Below, one piece after another: positions 37,248-46,583 of a stretch of DNA of 64,000 nucleotides; position 1 is the first letter of the stretch, and each line of letters begins with the position of its first letter. The stretch is from a virus. The translations under genes were made by a program, and so were the position numbers. The notes beneath the pieces were generated by a model. That model worked only from the letters and a program-made list of their open reading frames with translations. It was not told the DNA's origin and did no database searches. The stretch lies in IMG/VR virus record IMGVR_UViG_3300036900_000025, positions 14,955-78,954 of that record. One strand, 5' to 3'.

Positions 37248-37515
37248 CTTGAACTGTTCCCGTCTTGCAGTCGTGGATAGCTGATGCCGAGCAGAGTGGG
37301 CAGAAGAATCTAACCCTCTCTGCCACGGAGTCGATGTCGATGAGTTCGGGCCTCAGCTCAAGGTAGAGGTCAGCAAGGTCGCTGTCAACGTCCATCTCGA
37401 TCCTGAAGGAGACAATGCCTTTGATCTCCTTGCCGTCCTCATCGGTGATCCTTGTGTTACGAGGCGTGCCGTCACTGACGAGGTGGACATTCCGCCAGCG
37501 AGGTTGGTCAGCCAT
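37240..37515 (-). CDS. Hypothetical protein (C-terminal CxxC..HxC)
   Basis: Coupled ORF. Confidence 0.65.
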   Translation of the reverse strand: MADQPRWRNVHLVSDGTPRNTRITDEDGKEIKGIVSFRIEMDVDSDLADLYLELRPELIDIDSVAERVRFFCPLCSASAIHDCKTGTVQDD

Positions 37516-37678
37516 GATTCTTCTTCTTCTTCTTGCCTGAGTACTCGGCGATGCACGCCCAGCTGCAGAACTCGATGTCAGGAGGATCTGACATCGTCGA
37601 CATCGTCTGCTCGATCCTGAACGGCAGCTCGCTGGGCTGGGTGCGCTCGCAGTTGTTGCACTGGTGCAGAAGGCTCAT
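37508..37678 (-). CDS. Small zinc-finger protein (CxxC...FCSxxC)
   Basis: CNNC...FCSWAC; TGATG coupling. Confidence 0.6.
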   Translation of the reverse strand: MSLLHQCNNCERTQPSELPFRIEQTMSTMSDPPDIEFCSWACIAEYSGKKKKKNHG

Positions 37679-38139
37679 CAGATGATTCCCTTCACTTCTT
37701 CTGGAAGGTCCGTCTCCCAATGCCACGGCGCTGCCCCAACGAGGATCTTGCCTCGGACATCGGGCCCCTGGGCGACCTGAATTGAGTTGATGAACTTCAC
37801 GTCCTTGTCGTTCTTGTAGAGGACGCCTTGGAGTGCATCTTCGAGAGCCTTCTGCATGTTGGTCGTGTCGGCCTCATGCTTGCGGTGCGTTCGGGCCTGG
37901 GGTGTGGTGTACTCGGCACGCTGGCGCCAGAAGTAGAAGATGAGCGCAACGTCGCCCACGATCATCTCTGGCACGAACTGTGGCGAGTTCATCGCCTCCT
38001 TGACTGCCTCCTGGAAGTTGAAGAGCTGCTGGTTACGCCCAACGAAAGGACGCAGACCTCCCTTGCGGTTGACTCCGAGAGGACCGATCGCCCAGGGCTC
38101 CGGGTTCAGGTCGAGTTCGTACCACCTGTATTCGGGCAT
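37678..38139 (-). CDS. rusA: RusA-like Holliday junction resolvase
   Basis: D..N..K..EDAL.G..Y.ND..V. Confidence 0.85.
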   Translation of the reverse strand: MPEYRWYELDLNPEPWAIGPLGVNRKGGLRPFVGRNQQLFNFQEAVKEAMNSPQFVPEMIVGDVALIFYFWRQRAEYTTPQARTHRKHEADTTNMQKALEDALQGVLYKNDKDVKFINSIQVAQGPDVRGKILVGAAPWHWETDLPEEVKGII

Positions 38140-38140
38140 G

Positions 38141-38260
38141 TCACCAGAACCCGAACAGGTGGCCCAGCAGGATGAGGACCCCACCGCAGGCCATGAGCGC
38201 AGCAGTGAGGATGAAGACTGTGATAATGAGCTTAAGGCCCTCCAGGAGGACCTTATCCAC
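38141..38260 (-). CDS. 39-aa membrane peptide (not in ORF track)
   Basis: MDKVLLEGLKLIITVFILTAALMACGGVLILLGHLFGFW fills the gap between neighbours. Confidence 0.55.
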   Translation of the reverse strand: MDKVLLEGLKLIITVFILTAALMACGGVLILLGHLFGFW

Positions 38261-38744
38261 CAGTGCCTTCGCCGTCACTGGCTCCTGCTGGCGTTGTGGC
38301 CGCTGGGGGTCCGTCATTGAAGATCGTCTCCTTGGGGAAGTTCATGTCCGTGAGGACCATCTTGTAGGGCGAGAAGAAGTAGGTCGGGCAGCCGGTGTCG
38401 CCGTGCATCCAGTTCAGCTCCTGGCGCGAACCCTTACTGAACGCCCAGCCGGGGAGGAGGATGATGCCGTGTGCCTTAGCACATTCTTCCTGGCAGCGGT
38501 CCATGTACCACTGCCAGACCTTCTCCTCGGTGTCGTGGATCTCGGGATCGTGCTTCTCGCACTCGATCGGTGAGATGATCTTGACGCCGCTCTGGCGAAG
38601 CGCAGCAGCTGCGAACTCGAAGAGTGGGTAGTTGAAGTCCGCAATCCCGGTCATCGGACCCGACAGGTAGTACGTCAGGTTGAAGTTGAAGTCGAGGCTG
38701 CCGCCTTGCTCGTCGTGCGTCTCGGTCTGGTCAGGCTCGGTCAC
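38253..38744 (-). CDS. DUF4406-like nucleoside deoxyribosyltransferase-fold protein
   Basis: YLSGPMTG...FN...F...A..LR...P...LPGW..SKG...E. Confidence 0.8.
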   Translation of the reverse strand: MTEPDQTETHDEQGGSLDFNFNLTYYLSGPMTGIADFNYPLFEFAAAALRQSGVKIISPIECEKHDPEIHDTEEKVWQWYMDRCQEECAKAHGIILLPGWAFSKGSRQELNWMHGDTGCPTYFFSPYKMVLTDMNFPKETIFNDGPPAATTPAGASDGEGTGG

Positions 38745-39024
38745 GGTTCTCCTCGGAGTTGTTGTTGACGAAGGCCCGGAAGGCCTTGCCGGAGATCTCG
38801 GCTTCGTGCTCGACGTGCTTCTCCTGCGCCGCAGACGTCTCCTCGCGGGTGCCGTCGCAGAACGCACCGCAACGACACGAGACACGGATCATCTTGTCCT
38901 CGGGATGCGAGTCCCTTGGGAACTGCTTGTAGGTGTGCTCCTTCTGTGCCAGACCACGCCCAAGGTTGTACGCCTGCTCAGGTGTCATGTCTTTGGTGAC
39001 GTGATCTGCGATGATGATTCCCAC
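38731..39024 (-). CDS. Hypothetical protein
   Basis: Coupled ORF with CxCG...H motif. Confidence 0.6.
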   Translation of the reverse strand: MGIIIADHVTKDMTPEQAYNLGRGLAQKEHTYKQFPRDSHPEDKMIRVSCRCGAFCDGTREETSAAQEKHVEHEAEISGKAFRAFVNNNSEENRDRA

Positions 39025-39248
39025 TAGCGCTTCCCTCGATCCATCTTCTCGGTTGCAGCTACTGCGAGTGCAGCGATCTCGACGAACTCCTGTCTGTCGG
39101 GAGCACCAGCAGGAGGATCGACTCTCTTGTGCATGTAGTTACGGAAGTCGATGTAACCATGATGATCGTCGTGTTCTCTCGTGTAGCCCTTCTTGATCTG
39201 GCGACGACGCTCGCGCCAGACCGCGAAGAGCACTCTCAAGGTTGCCAC
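39024..39248 (-). CDS. Hypothetical protein (ER.RQ..KG...EHDD family)
   Basis: ERRRQIKKGYTREHDD...AALAVAA.E. Confidence 0.65.
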   Translation of the reverse strand: MATLRVLFAVWRERRRQIKKGYTREHDDHHGYIDFRNYMHKRVDPPAGAPDRQEFVEIAALAVAATEKMDRGKR

Positions 39249-39887
39249 TTAGTCCTCCACTCCCAGCCAGCCGAGAAGGTCGATGACGGACGGCGCGAGG
39301 TAGTCCACCATCCGGTACATCAGCTCTGGCTCGATGGGGTCCTCCATCAAGATAGCCGTTCGCTTACCAGCTCCTACGGCCCACCCCAGCTCCAGGTGAG
39401 CGCTCTTGCCGCAGGGCAGAACCATCACGAAGGTGTCAGCCTTCGTCATGGCTGCGAAGTCAGAGTTGTAGCCCTCGATTGCACGAGGGTGATTGACCAT
39501 CTCAAGGTAGTCAATCTTGCGCTCGTGATCGCTACCCTTCTTCGGAGCGGCCGAGCGTAGTGTTCGAGAACCCGGAGCCAGACACGCGACGTAGCCATTT
39601 GCAGTGTGACGCCAGACCTCGGGGTCGATCGTAGGGTCGAAGTCAGGATCGTAGGACCCATGCTGGAGGTAAGTACCGAAGTAGATGTCACGTCCGCAGT
39701 GCTCGCAGATTGGGATGCTATCACTTGCACCAGGTGGCTTCACTTCAGCCCACGAGAAGCCAGTACCGCCCTCGGGGTTCTTGAAGTCGTAGTGTGGGAT
39801 ACCAGCGGCTTTCAGTACCTGGCACACCGCTTCCTGCATCGGGTTGCGCCATGACGAGGCGACATAGACGTAGTATGGAAGGCCCAT
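39249..39887 (-). CDS. Nucleoside 2-deoxyribosyltransferase-fold protein with inserted Cys/His module
   Basis: YVASSWRN...ADTFV.VLPCG.SAHLELGWA.G.GK. Confidence 0.8.
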   Translation of the reverse strand: MGLPYYVYVASSWRNPMQEAVCQVLKAAGIPHYDFKNPEGGTGFSWAEVKPPGASDSIPICEHCGRDIYFGTYLQHGSYDPDFDPTIDPEVWRHTANGYVACLAPGSRTLRSAAPKKGSDHERKIDYLEMVNHPRAIEGYNSDFAAMTKADTFVMVLPCGKSAHLELGWAVGAGKRTAILMEDPIEPELMYRMVDYLAPSVIDLLGWLGVED

Positions 39888-39888
39888 T

Positions 39889-40110
39889 TCACGGCTCCTT
39901 GAACGGGTCGGGTGTAGGGAGCCCGAACGGGCTAGAGAGGCCGGGAGCGTCGGGCGCTGGGGGGTCATCCGGCCCCTCTGTGGCGTCGCGGTGGTCCTTG
40001 ATGTCGTCGGACCACGAATCCAGCCGGGGGATCACCCGACTCAGTGCGATGCCGACGAAGGCGAGCCCCATCGTGACGCTGTAGAGGCCCAGGGCGATAG
40101 CGAGATCCAT
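39889..40110 (-). CDS. Small membrane protein
   Basis: N-terminal TM segment. Confidence 0.6.
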   Translation of the reverse strand: MDLAIALGLYSVTMGLAFVGIALSRVIPRLDSWSDDIKDHRDATEGPDDPPAPDAPGLSSPFGLPTPDPFKEP

Positions 40111-40349
40111 TACTGTCGTTCACCTGCAATCTCGAGATTGTGCCCACTTGCGTAGGCAAGTTGACTCATAAAGTATCCAACAGCCGTCGCATCGACGCAC
40201 TGGATCTTCATGAGTAGGTAGCGTCTACCGTCCTTGTAGACTCCCCACAGGTAGTAGTCGTTTGACTTTGGGATCCCGAAGAGACGGAACCTGACGAACT
40301 TGGGTATCCCATCGGGAGCATCGTTGACGTAGGACGGCTTGACCATCAT
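40110..40349 (-). CDS. Hypothetical protein
   Basis: ATGA coupling to the clamp gene. Confidence 0.55.
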   Translation of the reverse strand: MMVKPSYVNDAPDGIPKFVRFRLFGIPKSNDYYLWGVYKDGRRYLLMKIQCVDATAVGYFMSQLAYASGHNLEIAGERQ

Positions 40350-41476
40350 GCTCCCTGTGTGTCTGTGTCGTTCTTGCGAGGAATGATCCAGGCGTTGTAC
40401 CCAGCGGAGTCGGTTACCTGCCACCGGAATGCTGGCTTCGCCGGGTCATAGAGAATGGCGATCTTGTCGTTCGGGCAGTTGGTCAAGCCGTCGAGGAGGT
40501 TCTTCGGCGTGAACTTGTACTCGGTTCGCGTATGGACGGCTTGGCCGGGAATCTCGACCACGTCGCCAAGCAGGCCCATCTCGGTGTTACTCATCATCAC
40601 CGCAATCTCCTCCTCGCCGATCCAGACATGGAGTGCCTGGAACCGATCTGCGCCGGTGAAGTTGGTAGCCCTGTTGATGATCTCAACGAAGTCGTCTCGG
40701 TCGATGTCTACTCGGTTCGGAGGCACCGTCTCCATCACACGCTTGACATTGGGGTAAGGCGTGCCGTAGGTGACAGTTCGGATCTGACTGTGCTCGTCAG
40801 GCATGATGAGGAGTTGGTTCCCGTCGAAGCCGATCGAGACATCACCCTTCTTGGGGAGGACTCCGGAGAGAATGCCCGACGGGACGGTAACCGGGTTAGT
40901 AAGCTCGGGGATGACTAGGGGAGCTGAGCAGAGAAGGTAGCGGTTCGTCGCTACGACAATCTCACCGTCGAAGTGAACACCTGAGTACGGAGGTTCATTA
41001 CCGTTGGCCGCAGCCCACTCGACCTGACCGATCCGTCCACCCAACTCAGGTACCGGGATAAGACCGTCGGGGTCGAATACAAGCCAAGTCGGGTAGTACT
41101 CGGGGTCGATGAGGTTGAACTTAGCTCGTGTTCGTGCCTGGCTGAGTCGGACACTGTGCGAACGCCCATTTCGTTCGTCCTCCATCTTTACCTGCTTGCC
41201 GCTACCGATGGGAAGTGTGGAGCAGACACCGGCGAGAAGCTTGCTGGGGAATCGCCACGTTACTGTCTCGCCCTCAACGCTAACGCAGTCGATCCACTCG
41301 GTCCAGAAGATGTTGAGGTCAGTGGATCGGATCACGATGGAGGGATCGTCGCCCGTGGTGATCTCCATGATGATGCCAGCCGCTTTGTCGAAGGCAGAGC
41401 CCTTGGACGGCGCGACCTTGTCGGCCTTCTTGATCGCGTCCACCAGAGTTGCCGTCTCGAACACTACGGTTGTCAA
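40346..41476 (-). CDS. dnaN: DNA polymerase III beta sliding clamp-like protein
   Basis: 376 aa; STDL, Y.GV.F...VATNRY.L, YPN..RV, F..K.L.DGL. Confidence 0.85.
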   Translation of the reverse strand: MTTVVFETATLVDAIKKADKVAPSKGSAFDKAAGIIMEITTGDDPSIVIRSTDLNIFWTEWIDCVSVEGETVTWRFPSKLLAGVCSTLPIGSGKQVKMEDERNGRSHSVRLSQARTRAKFNLIDPEYYPTWLVFDPDGLIPVPELGGRIGQVEWAAANGNEPPYSGVHFDGEIVVATNRYLLCSAPLVIPELTNPVTVPSGILSGVLPKKGDVSIGFDGNQLLIMPDEHSQIRTVTYGTPYPNVKRVMETVPPNRVDIDRDDFVEIINRATNFTGADRFQALHVWIGEEEIAVMMSNTEMGLLGDVVEIPGQAVHTRTEYKFTPKNLLDGLTNCPNDKIAILYDPAKPAFRWQVTDSAGYNAWIIPRKNDTDTQGA

Positions 41477-41479
41477 GAT

Positions 41480-42196
41480 CTAGTCCTTACTGTATAGGGG
41501 ATGAGCTAATGCCTTCTTGCCCATATCGTCTCGGTATCGCAGCCAGGGATCTCTGCAATACCAGCCTGCTGGTCGAGTTGGATTGCCACGGAAGTACTTG
41601 AGAATTACCTCGCGGTCCTTGATGTCTGGATCCTTCCAGAGGACCCTTTCTCGACCGATAGGAGGGTTCTGTCCAGTTGCAACCATCTCAGGCGTAAAAC
41701 TAGTAGGCGGTCCCTCGAAGTCGGGGTGCTCGCTACTCTTCTCTCCGTTCGGGTGACGCCAGTAGACATCGAACTTGCTCTCGGGACAGAAGTACCAGCC
41801 CGCCGGGTCGATCTTGAACTCCAGGATCGTGCATCGCTCCGGGTCACGCCAGAGCATCCCAGCGTGCCTAGGCATAGGAGGCTCTTCTCCGTGCCAGATA
41901 GATCGCTTGCGACCGTACCTGTCCTCTCGGACCTCGTCGGGTTTTCTGACCTCGATCTTGCGAATCTTCATCACGATTGCCCACGGCTCAGATCGAGCGT
42001 ACTGGATCAGCTCTTCGTCATCTTCAAGTTGACCGTCGCCTTCCGCTACAGTGATCGAACCGCCAGCTGCACGGAGGAGTGCAACGAGAATGTAACCAGG
42101 AAGCTTGACCTCGCGGAGGTCAACGATATCGGCTACAGAACTCCGCAGCAACGGCTCAACCTGGAAGCGCTGGTCCGGGGGGCGTGGGTCGCTCAC
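41480..42196 (-). CDS. Hypothetical protein with internal duplication (LW.DP...IL....PAGWY twice)
   Basis: MLWRDP..ILEFKIDPAGWYF and VLWKDP..ILKY..PAGWYC. Confidence 0.65.
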   Translation of the reverse strand: MSDPRPPDQRFQVEPLLRSSVADIVDLREVKLPGYILVALLRAAGGSITVAEGDGQLEDDEELIQYARSEPWAIVMKIRKIEVRKPDEVREDRYGRKRSIWHGEEPPMPRHAGMLWRDPERCTILEFKIDPAGWYFCPESKFDVYWRHPNGEKSSEHPDFEGPPTSFTPEMVATGQNPPIGRERVLWKDPDIKDREVILKYFRGNPTRPAGWYCRDPWLRYRDDMGKKALAHPLYSKD

Positions 42197-42374
42197 CGGC
42201 TCGCTTCTTCCTGCAGTTGTCACAGCAGTGTCCGCTCCCTCGGAAGATCGTGATGTTCACCTTCTTGCCACAGGCACGGCAGATGTCTCGCTGGTCACAG
42301 CCGAGAAGCTCTGCCAACTCCTCGGCCTCGGCCTGGGTGATGATGTCCCCTGGCATGGGAACGATTGCAGGCAT
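42156..42374 (-). CDS. Small zinc-finger protein (CxxC...CCxxC)
   Basis: GAGGT RBS; CRAC...HCCDNC. Confidence 0.6.
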   Translation of the reverse strand: MPAIVPMPGDIITQAEAEELAELLGCDQRDICRACGKKVNITIFRGSGHCCDNCRKKRAGERPTPPGPALPG

Positions 42375-43081
42375 TACCTCACCTCGATCGGAGGCTCGTA
42401 GCCGGTTTCGGCTGTCCAGAGGAAGTTGTCGATGTAGAACTGGTACTCCCTGATGGACTGGCACAGGTCGTCCAGCGGACGGTGCTGCTTGACCGGGCTC
42501 ACGGCGTCATCGAGCTTGGAAAAGACTCGTGGGTTGAGCCGACGGCAAGCGTTCTTGATCGTGGAGATGTCGAGGTTGCGGTAGTGGAAGTGACCCTCGA
42601 ATTTCTCCATGTCGTTGTTGCGAAGCATCTCGCGGTCGAAGTGGACAGACGACCCAGCGAACTCGGCCGTGGTGGCTTCCAGGCCCCAGTCGAGCATGAA
42701 GTCACGAAGTAGATCGGCAGCGTCGTCTGGATGGAAGAACTCGTGACCGTCCTCTCGCCTTCCAGCGAGGTCGAGGTCATGCAGTAGGCCGGACTGTTCG
42801 TGCATGTTCTTGACGTAGGGGATCATGGCCCCCACAGCGAACTGGTACTTCGGAGTAGAGTCGTAGACGAGAATGTCGTACTTCGCATCCTCGATCAGCC
42901 GACCGAACCCATCCGTGAGGAGAACGCCGACTTCGAGAACGACGTCCTTCTGCATGTTCAGGCCGGTCGTCTCGATGTCCACCCAGGGCAGGATGTCCTT
43001 TGCCTCGAGACTACCGTGCTCGGTGTCGTCGTGAACTTCCATGTTGCGCTTGTTGGCCCAGCGCAAGAACTCGCTGCTCAT
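42374..43081 (-). CDS. orn: Oligoribonuclease (DEDDh)
   Basis: W.DIETTGL...LE...MH..SGL...AGSSVHFDR...FHYR.LDISTI...HR.LDD. Confidence 0.9.
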   Translation of the reverse strand: MSSEFLRWANKRNMEVHDDTEHGSLEAKDILPWVDIETTGLNMQKDVVLEVGVLLTDGFGRLIEDAKYDILVYDSTPKYQFAVGAMIPYVKNMHEQSGLLHDLDLAGRREDGHEFFHPDDAADLLRDFMLDWGLEATTAEFAGSSVHFDREMLRNNDMEKFEGHFHYRNLDISTIKNACRRLNPRVFSKLDDAVSPVKQHRPLDDLCQSIREYQFYIDNFLWTAETGYEPPIEVR

Positions 43082-43245
43082 CCGTGCTCCTTCTGTGCGA
43101 ACTCGCGGAGGTCAGTCTCGCTGACCCGCCACTGGCCGTTGATCTTGGTGGACTTGATCGTCCCGTTCTTGAGCCACTCCCGGACGGTGGCCGGGGTCAC
43201 CTGAAACATGTCCGCGATCTGGCTGGCCTTGTAGAACTGGTCCAT
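43078..43245 (-). CDS. Excisionase-like HTH DNA-binding protein
   Basis: YKASQIADMFQV...TVREW...G.I...KI.GQWRV. Confidence 0.85.
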   Translation of the reverse strand: MDQFYKASQIADMFQVTPATVREWLKNGTIKSTKINGQWRVSETDLREFAQKEHG

Positions 43246-43487
43246 TAGATTCTCTCGACCACGCAGTAGTTGATCGGAGACGGAGGAAGGTTCATCGAGA
43301 GCGCGTAGTTCTCGGCGAACTTCTTGAAGAAGAAGGTCTTGACGTACGGAGGCGTGTCGGGCACGGCCTCCAGAGTGAACGTGTCGAGGAGAAGCGTGTT
43401 GAGTCCCATTGGAGACTTGAGCGCTTCGTCCACCCTGCCGGGCTCGTAACGCTTGACCTTGTTGACTACAGCCCAACGCTTCCTCAT
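43245..43487 (-). CDS. Hypothetical protein
   Basis: Coupled ORF. Confidence 0.6.
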   Translation of the reverse strand: MRKRWAVVNKVKRYEPGRVDEALKSPMGLNTLLLDTFTLEAVPDTPPYVKTFFFKKFAENYALSMNLPPSPINYCVVERI

Positions 43488-44947
43488 GCTGCCTCCTCCT
43501 CCATGATCGCCTTCATGATCTTCTTCTTCCAGTTGGGATCCGTTTCGACGATCTCACCGAACAGCTTGGACTTCGTTCGGAGGATCTGCTGGACACGGTT
43601 CTCGATGGTCTTGCGGCAGATGTACTTCCGAACCTGTACCGGCTGTGTTGTGTTCTGTCCGATGCGGTGCGCTCGGTCGATTGCCTGCTGGTTGAGGCCA
43701 GGAACGAACAGCTCGTCTACGAAGCCTAGGTGACGCGATGCCACCATGTTGAGCCCGATCCCAGCCACCTGGATCATGCAGGCGATCACGGCAGGCTTGG
43801 GGTCGTTCGTCCACTGGTTGACGATCGGCTGCCGGTCGGGCTGCTTTACGTCACCGTGAAGCTGGTAGATGTTGATTCCCTCAGACTTGATCCACGGGTG
43901 CTCGGCCATACGTCGAGCGTAGCACTCAAGGACAGGCCTGAACTGCGTGAACATGATGACCTTCTGGCCGTTCTTGAGCAGCTCGATGTCGTCCTCGATC
44001 ACGAGGTCAAGCTTCGAGCTGATGTCCTCCTCCAGGAAGCCGTACGTCGTTCCGCAGACCTGCTTGAGGCGCAGGAACTTCGTGAGGGCGTTCTCGACCT
44101 CTTCCTCGTCGCCGTCGATGTTGATGTACTTAAGTTCAGTCACGATGCTGTCGTAGATCATCTGCTGCTGCTTGGTTAGGTCTACCCGGCGCTCGATAAT
44201 CTGCACCTCAGGCAGGTCCAGAACCTCGGACTTGAGACGGCGCAGCATGACATCATGCAGCTGTTCGATGAGCCGCTTCTCGTTCTTGACGCCGACGATC
44301 TGCTTGTCCTTGTAGCCACCAAAGACAGCGTAGCGATTGATGAACGAGTAGTAATACGGCCAGCGGTCGGGGTCGATCTTGTGCAGCAGCGCCCACAGGT
44401 CATCGACGTGGTTGAGCATTGGAGTACCCGTCAGCAGCATGGAGCGCCGCGTCAACAGCGCGTGACATGCCTTCGTGCGGGCACTGGTTGGGTTCTTCAT
44501 GTAGTGGGCTTCGTCGTAGATCCCCACGTCGAAGAACATCGCGTTCAGTTGCCCCAGGTAGGGCTTGACCTGCTCGTAGTTGACAATCAGGATCTTGCCC
44601 TGAGAATCATCCATCTCGGCGAACTTGATGAGCAGGGCTTGGCGCTCCTTCGGTGTACCCTGAAGTACGACGAAAGGTACGCGGGTGAACTTGACGATTT
44701 CGTCAGCCCAGTTTCCCTTTAGGGTTACCGGGCACACGATGATCGCAGTCTTAGAGAGCCCCATGACGATGTCGATAATGAACACCGTGAGTGCCTGGAG
44801 TGACTTCCCGAGGCCCATGTCATCAGCCAGCAGGAAGGATCGCTGCCGGGCAAGCTGACGAATACCCTCGATCTGATGAGGGTAGTACTCGACCGAGTCG
44901 TAGAGGTACGGTTCTAGAGAACCTCTACTAAGCGTTGCTAGAGCCAT
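43484..44947 (-). CDS. SNF2-family helicase
   Basis: LADDMGLGKS, DEAH, LTGTP, RRLK, G.GLN, QAIDRAHRIGQ. Confidence 0.93.
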   Translation of the reverse strand: MALATLSRGSLEPYLYDSVEYYPHQIEGIRQLARQRSFLLADDMGLGKSLQALTVFIIDIVMGLSKTAIIVCPVTLKGNWADEIVKFTRVPFVVLQGTPKERQALLIKFAEMDDSQGKILIVNYEQVKPYLGQLNAMFFDVGIYDEAHYMKNPTSARTKACHALLTRRSMLLTGTPMLNHVDDLWALLHKIDPDRWPYYYSFINRYAVFGGYKDKQIVGVKNEKRLIEQLHDVMLRRLKSEVLDLPEVQIIERRVDLTKQQQMIYDSIVTELKYINIDGDEEEVENALTKFLRLKQVCGTTYGFLEEDISSKLDLVIEDDIELLKNGQKVIMFTQFRPVLECYARRMAEHPWIKSEGINIYQLHGDVKQPDRQPIVNQWTNDPKPAVIACMIQVAGIGLNMVASRHLGFVDELFVPGLNQQAIDRAHRIGQNTTQPVQVRKYICRKTIENRVQQILRTKSKLFGEIVETDPNWKKKIMKAIMEEEAA

Positions 44948-45095
44948 ACCTCCCCATGTCCTTATCCTTCTCGGCATCCTCGACGCCGATACGGTGAGCA
45001 TCCAGGTAGACCTCGTCGGCACCGGCTACAGGATCGTAGCCACGGTAGCCGTCCTGCCAGCCCTTGAGGGCAGTGCCTTTGTATTCGTCAGACAT
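44928..45095 (-). CDS. 55-aa hypothetical protein (not in ORF track)
   Basis: MSDEYKGTALKGWQDGYRG... fills the gap, coupled on both sides. Confidence 0.55.
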   Translation of the reverse strand: MSDEYKGTALKGWQDGYRGYDPVAGADEVYLDAHRIGVEDAEKDKDMGRYGSSNA

Positions 45096-45408
45096 CTTTC
45101 GCTACGTCCGTTGCCTTGTCGTAAGTAGCAAGCATCTTCATCTCCCCGTCAGGCCGACGGACCGAGAGCCACACCGGATTGAAGCCTGGTCCGTAGGCTG
45201 CGACCTTAGTGAACTCGTCTATGGCCTGGTCGTCGCAGAGCGGAGCACACGTCGTCTCGATGATGCGAACCTGGTCGTCGTAGTACTCGTATACAGAAGG
45301 CTTCCAACGAGGATCAGCGCCCGGATGCAGACCGTTCGCACCGCCGAACTGCTGGTCGTCAGGAAACTCATGGTCAGGGCCGTCATAAGCACACTCAATC
45401 ACCCACAT
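45088..45408 (-). CDS. Hypothetical protein
   Basis: Coupled ORF. Confidence 0.6.
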   Translation of the reverse strand: MWVIECAYDGPDHEFPDDQQFGGANGLHPGADPRWKPSVYEYYDDQVRIIETTCAPLCDDQAIDEFTKVAAYGPGFNPVWLSVRRPDGEMKMLATYDKATDVAKDV

Positions 45409-45622
45409 CTGTTTCCCCCTCGTCCTCGGGAAAGTCGTTCTGTGCTTGGGTCAGGATGAAGCCACAGATCCAGAGCCCCTCGTGCCTGGTAAAGCCACCC
45501 TTCTTGAGGTGCTCGAAGACGACATGAAGAGCCGTGAAGCCTTCATCTCCTTCGGACATCTCAAGTCCAGCAAGGATCTCATCGGACCTACGGAGCAGAT
45601 CGTCCCTGTCTGGCTCAGCCAT
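45395..45622 (-). CDS. Hypothetical protein
   Basis: AGGAG RBS. Confidence 0.6.
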   Translation of the reverse strand: MAEPDRDDLLRRSDEILAGLEMSEGDEGFTALHVVFEHLKKGGFTRHEGLWICGFILTQAQNDFPEDEGETDVGD

Positions 45623-45767
45623 AGAACAAGACTCCTAGCTGTGAGAGAATCTCATCTGCGACGTGTTCGGCGTGGCTGTGACCAAGCTTATCCCAGCCAC
45701 AGAGGCAACTGCCGATGTCACGTCGCTGGTGGGCTATCAGGATCTCGACAAGCTTCTTGCGATCCAT
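45615..45767 (-). CDS. 50-aa H...CxCGW...H..H protein (not in ORF track)
   Basis: MDRKKLVEILIAHQRRDIGSCLCGWDKLGHSHAEHVADEILSQLGVLFYG. Confidence 0.6.
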   Translation of the reverse strand: MDRKKLVEILIAHQRRDIGSCLCGWDKLGHSHAEHVADEILSQLGVLFYG

Positions 45768-46033
45768 CAGGCTTGCCACCACTTCACGTCAGGCTTGTCG
45801 CTCTTCTCGGGAATGGCCTGCTGAGCGTCCTCGTCGAAGATGTCGGGCTGGTCGATTGCCTGGCCAGCACGCGCCTTGTCGATGCACACGCTGTGGGCGT
45901 ACTTGCCGGTGTCGGAGCGGAGGACCATCGAGTCCTTGCGCGGACCACCTACCCAGCCGACGACCTGCTTCCAGACTCCTGCGTCGTGGGGGTTGAGGGG
46001 GTTTCCGCACCCGAGGGCGCAATCTTCGGCCAT
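45767..46033 (-). CDS. Zinc-finger-like hypothetical protein
   Basis: C..GC...H..C. Confidence 0.6.
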   Translation of the reverse strand: MAEDCALGCGNPLNPHDAGVWKQVVGWVGGPRKDSMVLRSDTGKYAHSVCIDKARAGQAIDQPDIFDEDAQQAIPEKSDKPDVKWWQA

Positions 46034-46197
46034 TCCGATACCTCTACCTTCTTGCGATGCTCGTTTCGACCACAGGTGCAGATGGGATTGTCTGCGTACA
46101 CCTTGCGGAGAACGTCAATGCAGACCTCACACGCACCCGATCGACAGTTGCCGCAGGTCATCGCGTGTGGCTCGGGTTGCTGGTCGTGCCTAGCCAT
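45949..46197 (-). CDS. Cys-rich hypothetical protein
   Basis: CxxC...CxxC...CxC..H. Confidence 0.5.
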   Translation of the reverse strand: MARHDQQPEPHAMTCGNCRSGACEVCIDVLRKVYADNPICTCGRNEHRKKVEVSEWPKIAPSGAETPSTPTTQESGSRSSAG

Positions 46198-46582
46198 TCG
46201 GGTGCCTTCGCTGCTCTCTGTTCGGGCCGGAAATCACCTGCCCCTGCGGTCCGAGGAGCTTCGGAGCGAGACGCTCCTTCTTCTGTGCCTCGCGAGCCTC
46301 GTTGATGTTTCGCTCGATCTGAATGTACATCTCGTCGAGCTGGTTGTTGAAGTTCGTCTCCCACGCCAGGGCTTCATCGACACGCTGGTCAGCGGTGATG
46401 AGCCCGATGTCGGAGAGGAACTTCATGAAGTGTTCTACTCGTGGGAGAGCAACCTCGAAGGTGACTCCCATGCGCTCCATTCGAGCGACTTTTGAGGAGT
46501 TCTCGAGACGAAGAGTCCCGACCTTCTCCCAGCGCTCGACTGTCTCGTCGGGGACCTGCTCGCCGTTCAGGGGGTTCGGCAT
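46190..46582 (-). CDS. Hypothetical protein
   Basis: Codon bias; NREQRR end. Confidence 0.65.
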   Translation of the reverse strand: MPNPLNGEQVPDETVERWEKVGTLRLENSSKVARMERMGVTFEVALPRVEHFMKFLSDIGLITADQRVDEALAWETNFNNQLDEMYIQIERNINEAREAQKKERLAPKLLGPQGQVISGPNREQRRHPNG

Positions 46583-46583
46583 G

